Source: Leptospiraceae bacterium
Lineage (GTDB): Bacteria > Spirochaetota > Leptospiria > Leptospirales > Leptospiraceae
Reading direction: 5' to 3'
NCBI GenBank assembly: GCA_016708435.1
Contig: JADJFV010000035.1
Span: forward strand, 128,001 to 192,000
Length of the DNA stretch: 64,000 bases
The notes beneath the pieces were generated by a model that did not search any database, was not told the DNA's origin, and saw only the letters and a program-made list of their open reading frames with translations. How positions within the stretch are numbered: position 1 is the first letter of the stretch; each line of letters opens with the position of its first letter. Positions 20,698-30,683 of the stretch are shown one piece after another. A program made the position numbers and the translations under genes.

Positions 20698-21216
20698 CTA
20701 TTCGATTTGTCGTAGAATTCCTTTTAGCATGGTAGGGACGATGAGCTGATGAAAAGGTTTTACAGGTAGAAAATATAGACTTCCGAAAATATTCTTGAAC
20801 TTTACTGAAGTCGTAATGTTTATGAAATGTTTTTCTTCTTTAGATTCTACTAGAAGAGACACTCTAAAATCTAAATGCTTATCGTCTTCGCCTAAAATTA
20901 TTTCCTTTTCCGTAAGTGCAAAGACTTTGAATAATCCGATTTGCTTACCTACTTGGAAATCAAAGTCTTTTATAGAAGTTCGATCTAGGTTAGAGCTTGG
21001 AGTCTTTAATCCAAAAAGGGATACGATTTTATTTCGGAGAGAAAATAATTTGTCTATCCAAACAGGAGAAGAAGAAAAAAAGGCTCTGCCTAAATCAATG
21101 GACGTAATTCTTCGTTGGGAAATGCATTCTCCTTTGTAACTATCAAAATAGTCATAGTTTGGGTGCATTTCAGATAATTTAGAATTTTGCAATATGGTTT
21201 GCCTTTGAACTTTCAT
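20698..21216 (-). CDS. DUF2867-like protein
   Basis: 'DYFDSY' and 'LRNKIVSLFGLKT' resemble DUF2867 (family recall, moderate). Confidence 0.4.
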   Translation of the reverse strand: MKVQRQTILQNSKLSEMHPNYDYFDSYKGECISQRRITSIDLGRAFFSSSPVWIDKLFSLRNKIVSLFGLKTPSSNLDRTSIKDFDFQVGKQIGLFKVFALTEKEIILGEDDKHLDFRVSLLVESKEEKHFINITTSVKFKNIFGSLYFLPVKPFHQLIVPTMLKGILRQIE

Positions 21217-21320
21217 AATACTCTACTTACAATAAATTTTACTAGATACCCGATAATCATGATACTCCGCAATGGTTTATTTATAGAAACTACGATAGGA
21301 TATATTTCTTTAAAGATTTA

Positions 21321-21992
21321 CTATTTGACTACTAGCCTTGTCATCTTCTCTGCAAGACCAATGCTTGCAGTAGTGCCAGAATTAAATTCTAAAAAGTCAG
21401 ACTCCATTCCATCGGAAAAAATCACACCTGCTTCGGGCATATGACTTTCGAGGATAATTTTATTTTGCTCGGAAATTTCGCCCGCAACTAAGTCTGCTCC
21501 ACTCCATTTACTACGAAATGGTTCGCGGACAATGAAGATTAGCCTTCTCTCGTCCCATTCGAGCTTCATACCGCCTAATTCTGATTTGTCGCCTTGGAAG
21601 CCAGCGATTCCCCTTACCATATTAAATAAGGAACTCAACCATCCGGTAGAGCCGGCGGGTGTTGATATGACTACGCCACTTGAACTATGACGTTCTTGTC
21701 TGCCCTGAAATTTTATTGTATAACGGGCACTGATATGAGACTTTGCTCCGATAAAAAAATCGTTGAAGGCAAACAAGTGTTGTCCGTCATTTAACTCTAC
21801 TTTGCCCATGGTGATATTTCGAATGCGGGGACTTCCTTTTAATAAAGTATTCACTGCTTGGGCAAGAGTAGGAATTTGAAAGGGAAGTAAAATCCCATCA
21901 AACCTTTCCGGGTCTGGATTGACAGCAATGATTGGCTGACCATTCAAATACTTCGCCGTATTTACAACAAGTCCATCTTGACCTAGAGTCAT
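21321..21992 (-). CDS. NAD kinase family (ATP-NAD kinase-like) catalytic portion
   Basis: 'DVVMTLGQDGLVV' (a GGDG-like motif) and 'ISTPAGSTGWLSS' (NAD kinase C-terminal motif). The frame stays open about 40 codons upstream of the annotated Met. Confidence 0.6.
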   Translation of the reverse strand: MTLGQDGLVVNTAKYLNGQPIIAVNPDPERFDGILLPFQIPTLAQAVNTLLKGSPRIRNITMGKVELNDGQHLFAFNDFFIGAKSHISARYTIKFQGRQERHSSSGVVISTPAGSTGWLSSLFNMVRGIAGFQGDKSELGGMKLEWDERRLIFIVREPFRSKWSGADLVAGEISEQNKIILESHMPEAGVIFSDGMESDFLEFNSGTTASIGLAEKMTRLVVK

Positions 21993-22246
21993 TACAACAT
22001 CTTTGGGACCGAATACGAAGTTTGGAAGAAAATTTCTATCAATAACTTGGAGTTTAATATCAGAGGAATTGCATGTGCTACTTGGTCGCGTGCATACTGA
22101 TAATTAGAATCTTCCTTTTCGTAATCATCGAAAGACTGACCTCTCGATTGAACAAAGAATTTTGCCTGAGCCTTTGTGCTGAAGCGCTGCACGCTCTCTT
22201 GCAAACGAGTGGCTCGGATAACGAGTATTATCTTTTCTATTTCCAT
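21992..22246 (-). CDS. Small ORF overlapping the NAD-kinase-like gene start by 1 nt; probably the frameshifted N-terminus of that gene
   Basis: 84 aa 'MEIEKIILVIRATRL...'. The stop/start overlap is TAATG, while the kinase frame is open far upstream of its Met. Confidence 0.35.
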   Translation of the reverse strand: MEIEKIILVIRATRLQESVQRFSTKAQAKFFVQSRGQSFDDYEKEDSNYQYARDQVAHAIPLILNSKLLIEIFFQTSYSVPKML

Positions 22247-22252
22247 TAAAGT

Positions 22253-22480
22253 TTAGGCTGTAACCTTTGTGTTTTGGAAAATTAGAATATAATCATCAAC
22301 GCCTTCCTGAAAAGTTTTTTTTAATTCGCTCAAAGATTTTCCTTCGAAGGTAACTAGATCATCAATTTCTTCTATCTTGCCATAGAATACTTCATCCCCA
22401 GAATTATAATGCATTGATCCAATAAAATCTTTATAAGTTAAATGGTCTTTCATGATTAAACCTTCCAATTTCTTTCTCAT
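22253..22480 (-). CDS. HicB-like antitoxin (N-terminal HicB_lk_antitox-type domain), orphan
   Basis: 'YKDFIGSMHYNSGDEVFYGKIEEIDDLVTFEGKSLSELKKTFQEGVDDYI' matches the HicB-family core. No HicA ORF was found in the 336-bp upstream gap. Confidence 0.55.
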   Translation of the reverse strand: MRKKLEGLIMKDHLTYKDFIGSMHYNSGDEVFYGKIEEIDDLVTFEGKSLSELKKTFQEGVDDYILIFQNTKVTA

Positions 22481-22816
22481 TCAATTTGCATGAGTAACAA
22501 AGGGCTTGCAACTACTTTTTAGTCAATGTTAAGATTTGACAATTCACCCATTTGCTCTAACCCATAAATATAATAAAGGATTTTACCACCGATTGCACGG
22601 ATGAAAGATATCGGATTTTATAAATATGGCTGTGTTCTGTCCCCCGTCGCTCTAACGACCAACGACTTAGCATGTTCATCTCTGGTGAAAAAATCCTTAA
22701 GTTGACTGCATTACGAAAGAACTGTCGTCCGGTGCAAATATTCCGATTACGAAAAAAATAAAAAAAGATTGTTTTCTAATTATGAAATTCTTTAGCTTAC
22801 ATATACGTGAGGGCAA

Positions 22817-25800
22817 TTGATGGAGTTTTTTGAACCATATACTAAATATATACTCTTTAACTTTTTTTCCTTTGGAACGTTACTCGTTACGATATTCACT
22901 TTTGCGTTCGCGTATTTTTTTCTGACTCTTCCAAATAAATCTGATAGCACATTTCATCTAGGTATAGGTTTCTTTTTTCTCGCTATTTTTAACACGGGAT
23001 ATTTCTTTGCTGCATTTTGCTATCATCCTATAGCTGCCTATCATCGTTGGCTGACAGGCGGGTTTATTTTGCCTGCCTTATTACATTTAGGGCAATTCTT
23101 CTTTAAATATCCAAGAGATACGAACCCAAAACTTTCTTCGCGCGTTCTTAAAGGGATGTGGGCAGTTGCAGTCATCGTTGATATTTTTTTCATTGCGGGC
23201 ACATGGAATGCAGATAGGAAATTTCACTTCACAGGTCATTATTGGGATTTTGATGCAGAGCCGATCAGTCGAATGCTGGCAGCGTTAATCGCAATCTATA
23301 CTATCATTTCCTTTTTGCTCATTGGGGGCTGGAAAATTTATATCACTAAAACAAAAGAACGCTGGGTGTTGTTGAAAATTCTATTCGCAATGCTAGTTGC
23401 TGCCATTACCCCTAACATTACAAATATTATGAGTCGTGATGGAGTAATGGAAAGATCTACTTATTTAATAGCGCTTACTCTTTTTTTGGTGATTGGATTT
23501 TTTATCATTTCGATTGTCTATGTTAATTCCACAAAAGATAGAACTACTTTTATGGTGAAGATTGTAGGGCTAACTCTTGTTACACTTCTTATTATTTTGC
23601 AAGCATCTAGCTTTTATTCTATGAAGGATAAAGATAGAGATTATGACAGCCTTCGCTTTGAAAACATGTCCCGTATTTTAGAGGGAGGAGATAAATCAAA
23701 AGACACAAAGTATTTTATACAACTTTCCTTGGATGAACTTGAAATTCAGAAGAAGGATTATCCAAGTTCGACTAATCTTGATTTGCCTCTTATAGAGGTA
23801 GACTTTCGAAATACGGTCATTTATGAAGATATCAAGAATTTGCCGGAGTCAAATTTTCGTTCTGCCTTAAATGAATACTTATTTAATACGCATCCTTATT
23901 TTGAAGGATTTAAAAATAGCATAGGCGAATACCTTGTTACTAATAAAGACTTAACGGATAGTGAATTAAAAGATGTTATTTTTCCATTTTTAAATAAGCT
24001 CAATAATTATAGCTTTGTTCATTCCAATAAAATTAGTCAGTTAGATTCTAAACAATTCTGTCCTGCTATCACAAAATATTTAAGTTCAAGTAGTCTAAAG
24101 AATTTTAGAATTGCAATCGAAAAGAATTTGTCGAATTGTCAGTGGAATGGAAGACCAATTGACTCAGTCAATCTGCGTCGTGAAATCAACAAATACTTTC
24201 GCTATTTTCAAGCTGCAAATACACGTTACTTTCGAAAAAGTATAGACGAGTTTGGAAACCAAAAGCATTACATTGCATATATACATTATGAAGTGTATAC
24301 GCAAGTTGTAAGCGAAGTAGGTTACTCTTACTTAGCATACAGACAGTATATGCATACTACATCTTCCAACCAGCAATTCATTTTAATTATTGTAGTCTGT
24401 ATAGTCATCGGCATATACCCATTATTCTTTCGAGGTAGTTTGGTAACACCGCTTTGGGATTTAGTTCATGCTTTAGAAAAAGTAAATCACGGAGATTTAG
24501 AGGTAGAAGTTCCCATAAAAGTAAATGACGAGATTGGTTTTCTTTCAGACTCCTTTAACTCGATGGTGATTTCAATCAAGTATGCACGGTCAGAGCTTGT
24601 GCACTATGCTGATAACTTGGAAGAAAAAGTAAACGAGCGCACGAAAGAAGTGCAAGAAAAAATGGATGAAGTGCAAAAATTAAAAGTGCAACAAGATGGA
24701 GATTATTTTTTAACATCACTTCTCACAAAGCCACTTTTCATGAATGCAAATAAATCCGAATTCACAAAGACAGAATTTTTAATAAAACAAAAGAAACATT
24801 TTGAGTTTAAGGGCAAACAAGTAGAAATTGGTGGAGATATTTGTGTTACCGGCAACTTGCGATTTGGCAACAAAGCAAAAGTTACACGTTTTACAATGGC
24901 GATGAATGCAGATGCAATGGGAAAATCAATGCAGGGTGCGGGTGGATCTATTGTAATGGGTGTTGCTATGAACTCAATCATGTCGCGTTCTGCTGCAAAA
25001 GATTGGGTTGTAGATAAGCCGCCTGAAGTGTGGCTAACGGACGTATACTACGAGATTCATAGGGTCTTTAAAACTTTTAACGGCTCGATGGTAATTTCTT
25101 GCACCGTGATGCTAATCAATGATGAGACAGGTGAAGTTTATTATTTTAACGCAGAACACCCGTATGCCGTGCTTTATCGAAATGGAAGAGCTGAGTTTAT
25201 TGAAGACAGATTAAACCTTCGTAAGCTTGGTCTTGATTCGGAAATTCCGTTTCAGGTTTTTAAATTCGAACTAGAGCCGGGAGATGTGATTATACTTGCG
25301 TCAGACGGTAGAGATGATATTGATTTAACGCCTGAAGAGCCGGTTCGCACAATCAATGAAGATGAAACTTTATTTTTAAAGCATGTAGTTGCAGGTCGCG
25401 GTGATATAGAAGAAATCTACCATGGGGTTCAACGCTCTGGTGAATTCATTGATGATTTTTCTATTTTAAGAATTGGTTATAAAGAAGTCCCGGTTCATTA
25501 TGCAAGTCCACAAGATGAGCCTGGAATTATTTTACCAAAAGACATTGACCATGACGACTTGGAAAGTGTCTATAGTGAATGTAAGAAATTGCTGCGAGAT
25601 AATAAAGACGAAGTGGCAAGACAATTACTTCAAATTACCTACAATCGGTCAGAGGCTAATCAGAATAACCCTAAGATTAATAAACTCTATGGACTTCTTT
25701 CTTTTAAAGCAAGAGATTATATTTCAACGATTGAAGTGATTCGTAAATATCTAAAAGATGATCCAACCTATGAAGAATTTTGGTATTATCTCGCTATGGC

Positions 25801-26023
25801 TGAAAAGAAATTAGGTCATTATAATATGGCGACAGAGGCAGGTGAGCGGCTAAAAGAAATTAACCCTAGTCATGCCCTTAATATACTAAACCTTGCTGAT
25901 GTAAATCGACTGATGGGCAAAAAAGAAGCATCCATTGAACTTACAAAATTAGTTTTAGAATTAGAGCCTAACAATACGGGTGCGAATCGTCTCATGCAAA
26001 TTCTTAAGAATGGAACTATATGA
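22817..26023 (+). CDS. Multidomain sensor phosphatase: 7TM (7TMR-DISM-like) - extracytoplasmic region - TM - HAMP - PP2C/SpoIIE phosphatase - TPR
   Basis: 7 N-terminal TM helices. HAMP 'LWDLVHALEKVNHGDLEVEVPIKVNDEIGFLSDSFNSMV'. SpoIIE-type motifs 'GDYFLTSLL', 'GGDICVTG', 'ILASDGRDD'. C-terminal TPR-like helices. Confidence 0.8.
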   Translation: MMEFFEPYTKYILFNFFSFGTLLVTIFTFAFAYFFLTLPNKSDSTFHLGIGFFFLAIFNTGYFFAAFCYHPIAAYHRWLTGGFILPALLHLGQFFFKYPRDTNPKLSSRVLKGMWAVAVIVDIFFIAGTWNADRKFHFTGHYWDFDAEPISRMLAALIAIYTIISFLLIGGWKIYITKTKERWVLLKILFAMLVAAITPNITNIMSRDGVMERSTYLIALTLFLVIGFFIISIVYVNSTKDRTTFMVKIVGLTLVTLLIILQASSFYSMKDKDRDYDSLRFENMSRILEGGDKSKDTKYFIQLSLDELEIQKKDYPSSTNLDLPLIEVDFRNTVIYEDIKNLPESNFRSALNEYLFNTHPYFEGFKNSIGEYLVTNKDLTDSELKDVIFPFLNKLNNYSFVHSNKISQLDSKQFCPAITKYLSSSSLKNFRIAIEKNLSNCQWNGRPIDSVNLRREINKYFRYFQAANTRYFRKSIDEFGNQKHYIAYIHYEVYTQVVSEVGYSYLAYRQYMHTTSSNQQFILIIVVCIVIGIYPLFFRGSLVTPLWDLVHALEKVNHGDLEVEVPIKVNDEIGFLSDSFNSMVISIKYARSELVHYADNLEEKVNERTKEVQEKMDEVQKLKVQQDGDYFLTSLLTKPLFMNANKSEFTKTEFLIKQKKHFEFKGKQVEIGGDICVTGNLRFGNKAKVTRFTMAMNADAMGKSMQGAGGSIVMGVAMNSIMSRSAAKDWVVDKPPEVWLTDVYYEIHRVFKTFNGSMVISCTVMLINDETGEVYYFNAEHPYAVLYRNGRAEFIEDRLNLRKLGLDSEIPFQVFKFELEPGDVIILASDGRDDIDLTPEEPVRTINEDETLFLKHVVAGRGDIEEIYHGVQRSGEFIDDFSILRIGYKEVPVHYASPQDEPGIILPKDIDHDDLESVYSECKKLLRDNKDEVARQLLQITYNRSEANQNNPKINKLYGLLSFKARDYISTIEVIRKYLKDDPTYEEFWYYLAMAEKKLGHYNMATEAGERLKEINPSHALNILNLADVNRLMGKKEASIELTKLVLELEPNNTGANRLMQILKNGTI

Positions 26024-26958
26024 TTCCTGAATTTCCTGAGAATCTGATTTATCTAGAAAAAAGTTCCCGTCATGCAAATTTGTATGATGTAAGCCTTTAT
26101 GGAATTGATAAGCTAGATGAGTATGATTCACTCGAAGCGCATATTGTCCTTTATCCGTATAGCAGGCGCATAACGTCCGAGAATGTTAGCTTTTATCCAT
26201 TTGAAGAATATGTAAAAGATGTTCAATCCAATCATGTATCAGCTTACGCAAAAATCCAACTCAAGTTTCAAAAATTCTTTGGAGTTCTACTAGGCTCAGT
26301 GATTGCGGCAATATTTTACAAATACAAACCGGATGATTTATTTTCTGTTGAGTCTGTCGTTGCGGTATTTGCCGCTTATGCGATAGGAAAAGAAATCTGG
26401 GCGGATATCGAAAGATTTCTAATTAATATTTCTAAACGATCCAGGTTACGTTATACGGAAGACTATTATAAATACGAGCTAGAAAAATTCACAACGATGA
26501 CTCATTATTCTACTCTCGCTAAGAAGCAGCGCTACGGCAAAGCGACATTACTCCCTGAGAAGATTAATTTCTTAGAGCTTAGTAATTCCCAAACTCTCAG
26601 AATGCATTTCAATCTGTCCGACATAAAGCCACCGAATGCTACAAGTGCACATATTTTTTCGATTCACATAGAAGGCGACATGCAATCTGATTTTGAAAAA
26701 TACGGGCATCTATTTGGTGTTAAGATTAGTCTAAATAAGAAAGGTTTTTTCTTCACAAAAAAATTAGAACTATTTCAATCTCTCCACAACCACGAAAAAG
26801 GCTGTCTCGATGACGAAGAAGTCTGGTCAAAGAATGCAATCTACTTTCGAAGAGTTCTCACTGTTGGCAAAATCAAATACTTCCTCGAGCGCGGCGTAAT
26901 TGCCAGTAAGTCGCTAGTTCAATATATAGAGCCAAAGTTTAGGAAGAGGAAGGGCTAA
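26020..26958 (+). CDS. Hypothetical membrane protein, translationally coupled (ATGA) to the PP2C sensor phosphatase
   Basis: 312 aa with one or two TM helices (FFGVLLGSVIAAIFY ... VAVFAAYAIG) and no recognisable domain. Confidence 0.4.
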   Translation: MIPEFPENLIYLEKSSRHANLYDVSLYGIDKLDEYDSLEAHIVLYPYSRRITSENVSFYPFEEYVKDVQSNHVSAYAKIQLKFQKFFGVLLGSVIAAIFYKYKPDDLFSVESVVAVFAAYAIGKEIWADIERFLINISKRSRLRYTEDYYKYELEKFTTMTHYSTLAKKQRYGKATLLPEKINFLELSNSQTLRMHFNLSDIKPPNATSAHIFSIHIEGDMQSDFEKYGHLFGVKISLNKKGFFFTKKLELFQSLHNHEKGCLDDEEVWSKNAIYFRRVLTVGKIKYFLERGVIASKSLVQYIEPKFRKRKG

Positions 26959-26963
26959 TACTA

Positions 26964-27257
26964 TTAAGCCGCAGTAGGTTTATCAAGCGGGTCATCTACT
27001 TCAATACTTTCTTCATATAAAACAACCGGATCGAGGTCAATGCATTCATACGGATTATAATCTCCTGTTACATCCCAAGCTAAGGTTTTATTTAATACAG
27101 TGCACCTATTCAAGTAGAAATCTTTGTCTTGCAACTTTCGGAAAACACCTTTATCTAAAAGAGGTGAAACGTCATAGAGTTTGATTTTTCCGTCACTAAA
27201 ATACAGATACACTTTATAATTTTCAGTTGGATAAACTTGTAGGATAGTTATAATCAT
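26964..27257 (-). CDS. DUF2442-domain protein (orphan)
   Basis: 'YLYFSDGKIKLYDVSPLLDKGVFRKLQDKDFY...VLNKTLAWDVTGD' fits the DUF2442 pattern. No DUF4160 partner is nearby. Confidence 0.5.
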   Translation of the reverse strand: MIITILQVYPTENYKVYLYFSDGKIKLYDVSPLLDKGVFRKLQDKDFYLNRCTVLNKTLAWDVTGDYNPYECIDLDPVVLYEESIEVDDPLDKPTAA

Positions 27258-27571
27258 TTTTTCGTTCTCAATTTAAAGGATCAATCTTTTCAATCGTGCC
27301 ATGATTTTTCGCTGATTCCCAATTAGACATTAATTTAACTTTATTTTATACTTCAAAAGAAAATGGCAAGTCATTTCTGAAATCAATTTTGAGGTAGATT
27401 AGTTTAATTTAAAATAGGAAATAAGGGCGGTTGTCACCCCCATTATGTTTCGACCCAAAGGAGAAACATTAAGTTTCGTTTTCAGTCGGGTGTCTCAAAG
27501 ACTTGAGATTTCAAAAAAATGTTTAGCAGTTTAAATTTCTTATGCCGAATTGAAATTGAACGAAATTAAGG

Positions 27572-27757
27572 CTACTTCTCTTTAACCTCTGTAATCTTTC
27601 CCGTCGGGACATGAAGAAGGTAATTTCGTTTATCCACTGAGAATTCGATATTGCCGGTGTAGGGTTGTTTCAGTTTTAGGATTTGTTCGGAGTCCAATAT
27701 TTCTTTTATAGAAAAACTTTGCTTTATTTGAAGGGGAATTTGTTTGATTAATTTCAT
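27572..27757 (-). CDS. Hypothetical small protein, overlapping the stop of the upstream lipoprotein gene
   Basis: 61 aa ORF with an ATGA overlap to 27754..28548. Confidence 0.25.
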   Translation of the reverse strand: MKLIKQIPLQIKQSFSIKEILDSEQILKLKQPYTGNIEFSVDKRNYLLHVPTGKITEVKEK

Positions 27758-28548
27758 ATCGTTCGCTTTAAGTTCATCAAATAGTTTATAAGGATAAAAA
27801 ATATATTTACTTTATTTTCACCTCTTTGCAGTTTTAAACATTTGTAAAATATACAAACTTCTTCCCAAGCAATGCAGTGATTACAATCACTAATTGGATG
27901 AACATAAACTTGATCAGAACTCTGATATAAATTCTTTTTTTCCAATGTATTTATATCAATAGTGTGGTATGAAAATAAACCGCCACCACCATCTCCGATA
28001 GTATAATAACTTATAAGAGTATCATTATCATACCAATAAGTTATATTTTTTTTCTCAATTCTATTTATAAGCTTAAAATTTTTCTTATTTCGTATTTCCA
28101 TATAACATAGATACTCGATTTCGGCGTATAGATCATTGCAATCTACTTGGTGCGTTGTGCTTACGATATTCCCTGTCTTTGGATGCTTAATTGTAAAAAA
28201 ATAAAACTTATCTCTACTAGGACTAAAGACTGGCTCAGAGAGGTAAACATCGAATACCCAACCAGAATCATTTCCGACTTCGACTTTAAACCATTTACCT
28301 TTTTGTTCTTCGATTGTGTCATTTCTTTCATTTTCAGGAAGTTGTTTGTGGCTAACCATTGTTCCGCGCGGAAGGAGTCGGATAGATTTTGCTTTGCGAG
28401 AAGGCGCATCGCGAAGATTGAGTCCACTATCGGGAGTTACAATCCATTTTTTAATAAGAGCCTTGTCTTCTGGATTTTCATTTGGTTTAGAATCTTGGAT
28501 TGATTTGCAACTCAGTAAGACTAAGATTAGAAACAAAAAGAATTTCAT
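27754..28548 (-). CDS. Lipoprotein with a bacterial SH3-like (SH3b) domain
   Basis: Lipobox 'LLSC'. 'GLNLRDAPSRKAKSIRLLPRGTMVS...KGKWFKVEVGNDSGWVFDVYL' is typical of SH3_3. Confidence 0.5.
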   Translation of the reverse strand: MKFFLFLILVLLSCKSIQDSKPNENPEDKALIKKWIVTPDSGLNLRDAPSRKAKSIRLLPRGTMVSHKQLPENERNDTIEEQKGKWFKVEVGNDSGWVFDVYLSEPVFSPSRDKFYFFTIKHPKTGNIVSTTHQVDCNDLYAEIEYLCYMEIRNKKNFKLINRIEKKNITYWYDNDTLISYYTIGDGGGGLFSYHTIDINTLEKKNLYQSSDQVYVHPISDCNHCIAWEEVCIFYKCLKLQRGENKVNIFFILINYLMNLKRTI

Positions 28549-29012
28549 TGTTCTAATATTTTGAGTAAGTGAGTTTTTTCAACGAAAAAGAGATAAGAAA
28601 TTGTAGCTATTTGGTATAGACAGGTTGCCATTGATTCAATGAAATCATGATTAGTATGGATAGCCTCCGAAATATGTCTCGGTATAAAACACCCTGAATC
28701 CTAGCATTGTATTTCTAAATACATGTTTTGCAATGATCAAAATCACCGTTAATAAATTATTTTTTTGATATTCGAATTATTTGTTGTAGCAAATCGTTGT
28801 TAAATGAAAATTAGGCAATATATAGAAAATTATAATTTAAGAATACGATAGTTGAAATCGCATAACAATAATTATACTTTTATCATTGTATTTAGCAATC
28901 AGAGATCGAGCGAAAAAAAATAAATTAAAATAAGGGAAAATGAAATATTTTTATTCATGAAAAGGTATACATATACAGAGAGATAAAAAATAAAAGCAAG
29001 AGGAATTTAAGT

Positions 29013-29660
29013 ATGAATACAACCACAATGGAAAAAGAAAAAACGGTTGTTCCTGTAGAATCAGAGATTCTTTCAAAACCAGCCACAGCTAATTTTGAAG
29101 GACAGACTCCGCTTCATGTAGCAACAAATCAAGGTGATATCGAACTGGCAAGAACGTTAATCGCCAAAGGTTCCGATGTAAATGCTGTCACAAATTTCTG
29201 GCATACGCCTTTGCATTATGCGGTAAACCGTGGAGGTTACGAAATTGCAAAACTACTTTTAGATAGTGGTGCTAAGGTAAATGCTCTAAGTAATTTCGAT
29301 TACACTCCGCTTCATTATGCCGCTAACCATGGAAAGGTAAGAGTCGCTGAACTTTTAATTGACAAAGGGGCTGCACTAAATATTCAAAATACTTTCGGTC
29401 ATACTCCTCTTCATTGCACGGCTAATCATCCGAAGATTCAATCTGATTGCGATAATTGTAAGAATGGTCGCTATATATTCTGTGGGGGAGTCCATGGTCG
29501 GACTGAAATCGCAAGATTGCTCGTCGATAAAGGTGCAAAGTTAAATTTAGAAGATGGAGATGGAAATACAGCTCTCGAAATTGCCAAAAAGTTTGGCTAT
29601 GCCGAAATGGTGCATATAATTGAAGCAGGATTATTAATGCATACTAGAAGAATGGGTTAA
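29013..29660 (+). CDS. Ankyrin-repeat protein (paralog A)
   Basis: Four to five ANK repeats ('GxTPLHxAxxxGHxExxxxLLxxGA'). Confidence 0.85.
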   Translation: MNTTTMEKEKTVVPVESEILSKPATANFEGQTPLHVATNQGDIELARTLIAKGSDVNAVTNFWHTPLHYAVNRGGYEIAKLLLDSGAKVNALSNFDYTPLHYAANHGKVRVAELLIDKGAALNIQNTFGHTPLHCTANHPKIQSDCDNCKNGRYIFCGGVHGRTEIARLLVDKGAKLNLEDGDGNTALEIAKKFGYAEMVHIIEAGLLMHTRRMG

Positions 29661-30586
29661 GAGTGTTTAATTAAATAGCATTTGTGAATTTTGTCATTTC
29701 GAAAGTCTTCGGGGATCGTATCTCTGGTAATGTCTTGCACATTATCTGTGTTAATCGCATCCCCGTTAAGCTTAAATTTTTGAAAGTTATTTGAGAATAA
29801 TATTATTCCGTCTTGGTTTAAATGATCTAAGCAGTGGTTGATTAGAAATGGATGATCTTTTTGAACGTCAAATGGAATCGGCATTTTCTTAGAGCGAGAA
29901 AACGTCGGAGGATCAATCACTATTAAATCAAATCTCCAGCTTTGTTTCATATTTTCTAAAAAGAATTGCACGTTTTCTCTGATCGCAATATGGTTAAATT
30001 TCTCTAGTCCGTTTAATTGGAAGTTGTCGCGTGACCAATCACAATAGGTATTTGACATATCTACCGATGTCGTATAACGCACACCTGCCTTCGCTGCAAC
30101 AACACTAAAAGAAGAAGTATAGGAGAATAGGTTTAACATTCTCTCTTTACCTTTTGCGAATTCATTTTTTACAAGAGTGCGAGTCTTTCTGTGATCTAAA
30201 AATATTCCTGTGTCTAAATAGTCTTTTAGGTTTACAATTAGCTTTGCGTCATTTTCCCGGATTACAAATCTTTCTTTTTCGGAAGCTACTTTTTCGTATT
30301 GTGCTCCTTCTTTTTGTCTGCGACGGGATTTATAGTATTGGTTTTTTGATGAAATGCCTAGAACTTTTTCTACTGCTAATCCAATTTGTTCTATCAGCAA
30401 ATCTTCATTCGCCGTAGAATCGTCTTCATAGATTTGGATATGGGCTTTCTTTAGATAGATATCAATCGCAGCCGGAAATTCCTGTAATTCCCTATCATAG
30501 ACTCGATAGGCATCTATTTTATTTTTTAAAATCCAGGAATCTAATTTTCCCTGGTTGCTAGTTAAAATTTCTATTAATTCATTCAT
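29657..30586 (-). CDS. Class I SAM-dependent methyltransferase (PF10672 / RlmI-RlmK-like core without PUA/THUMP)
   Basis: 'GIFLDHRKTR' (RlmI-like), the SAM-binding region and the motif IV 'IVIDPPTFSRSKK'. Confidence 0.6.
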   Translation of the reverse strand: MNELIEILTSNQGKLDSWILKNKIDAYRVYDRELQEFPAAIDIYLKKAHIQIYEDDSTANEDLLIEQIGLAVEKVLGISSKNQYYKSRRRQKEGAQYEKVASEKERFVIRENDAKLIVNLKDYLDTGIFLDHRKTRTLVKNEFAKGKERMLNLFSYTSSFSVVAAKAGVRYTTSVDMSNTYCDWSRDNFQLNGLEKFNHIAIRENVQFFLENMKQSWRFDLIVIDPPTFSRSKKMPIPFDVQKDHPFLINHCLDHLNQDGIILFSNNFQKFKLNGDAINTDNVQDITRDTIPEDFRNDKIHKCYLIKHS

Positions 30587-30683
30587 GGATTATTACTACT
30601 TTTTTTGGTAAGAGTGAATAGAAAAGTTTTTTAACTAACACGGTCACCTCTCACGATAAAGCAGTTCGAGGTGACTGTAAAAG

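Noticed and set aside
22481-22816. A degenerate hicA in the gap upstream of hicB-like
   Set aside because: All six frames were translated by eye. No GSH-containing HicA-like peptide of 15 or more aa was seen.
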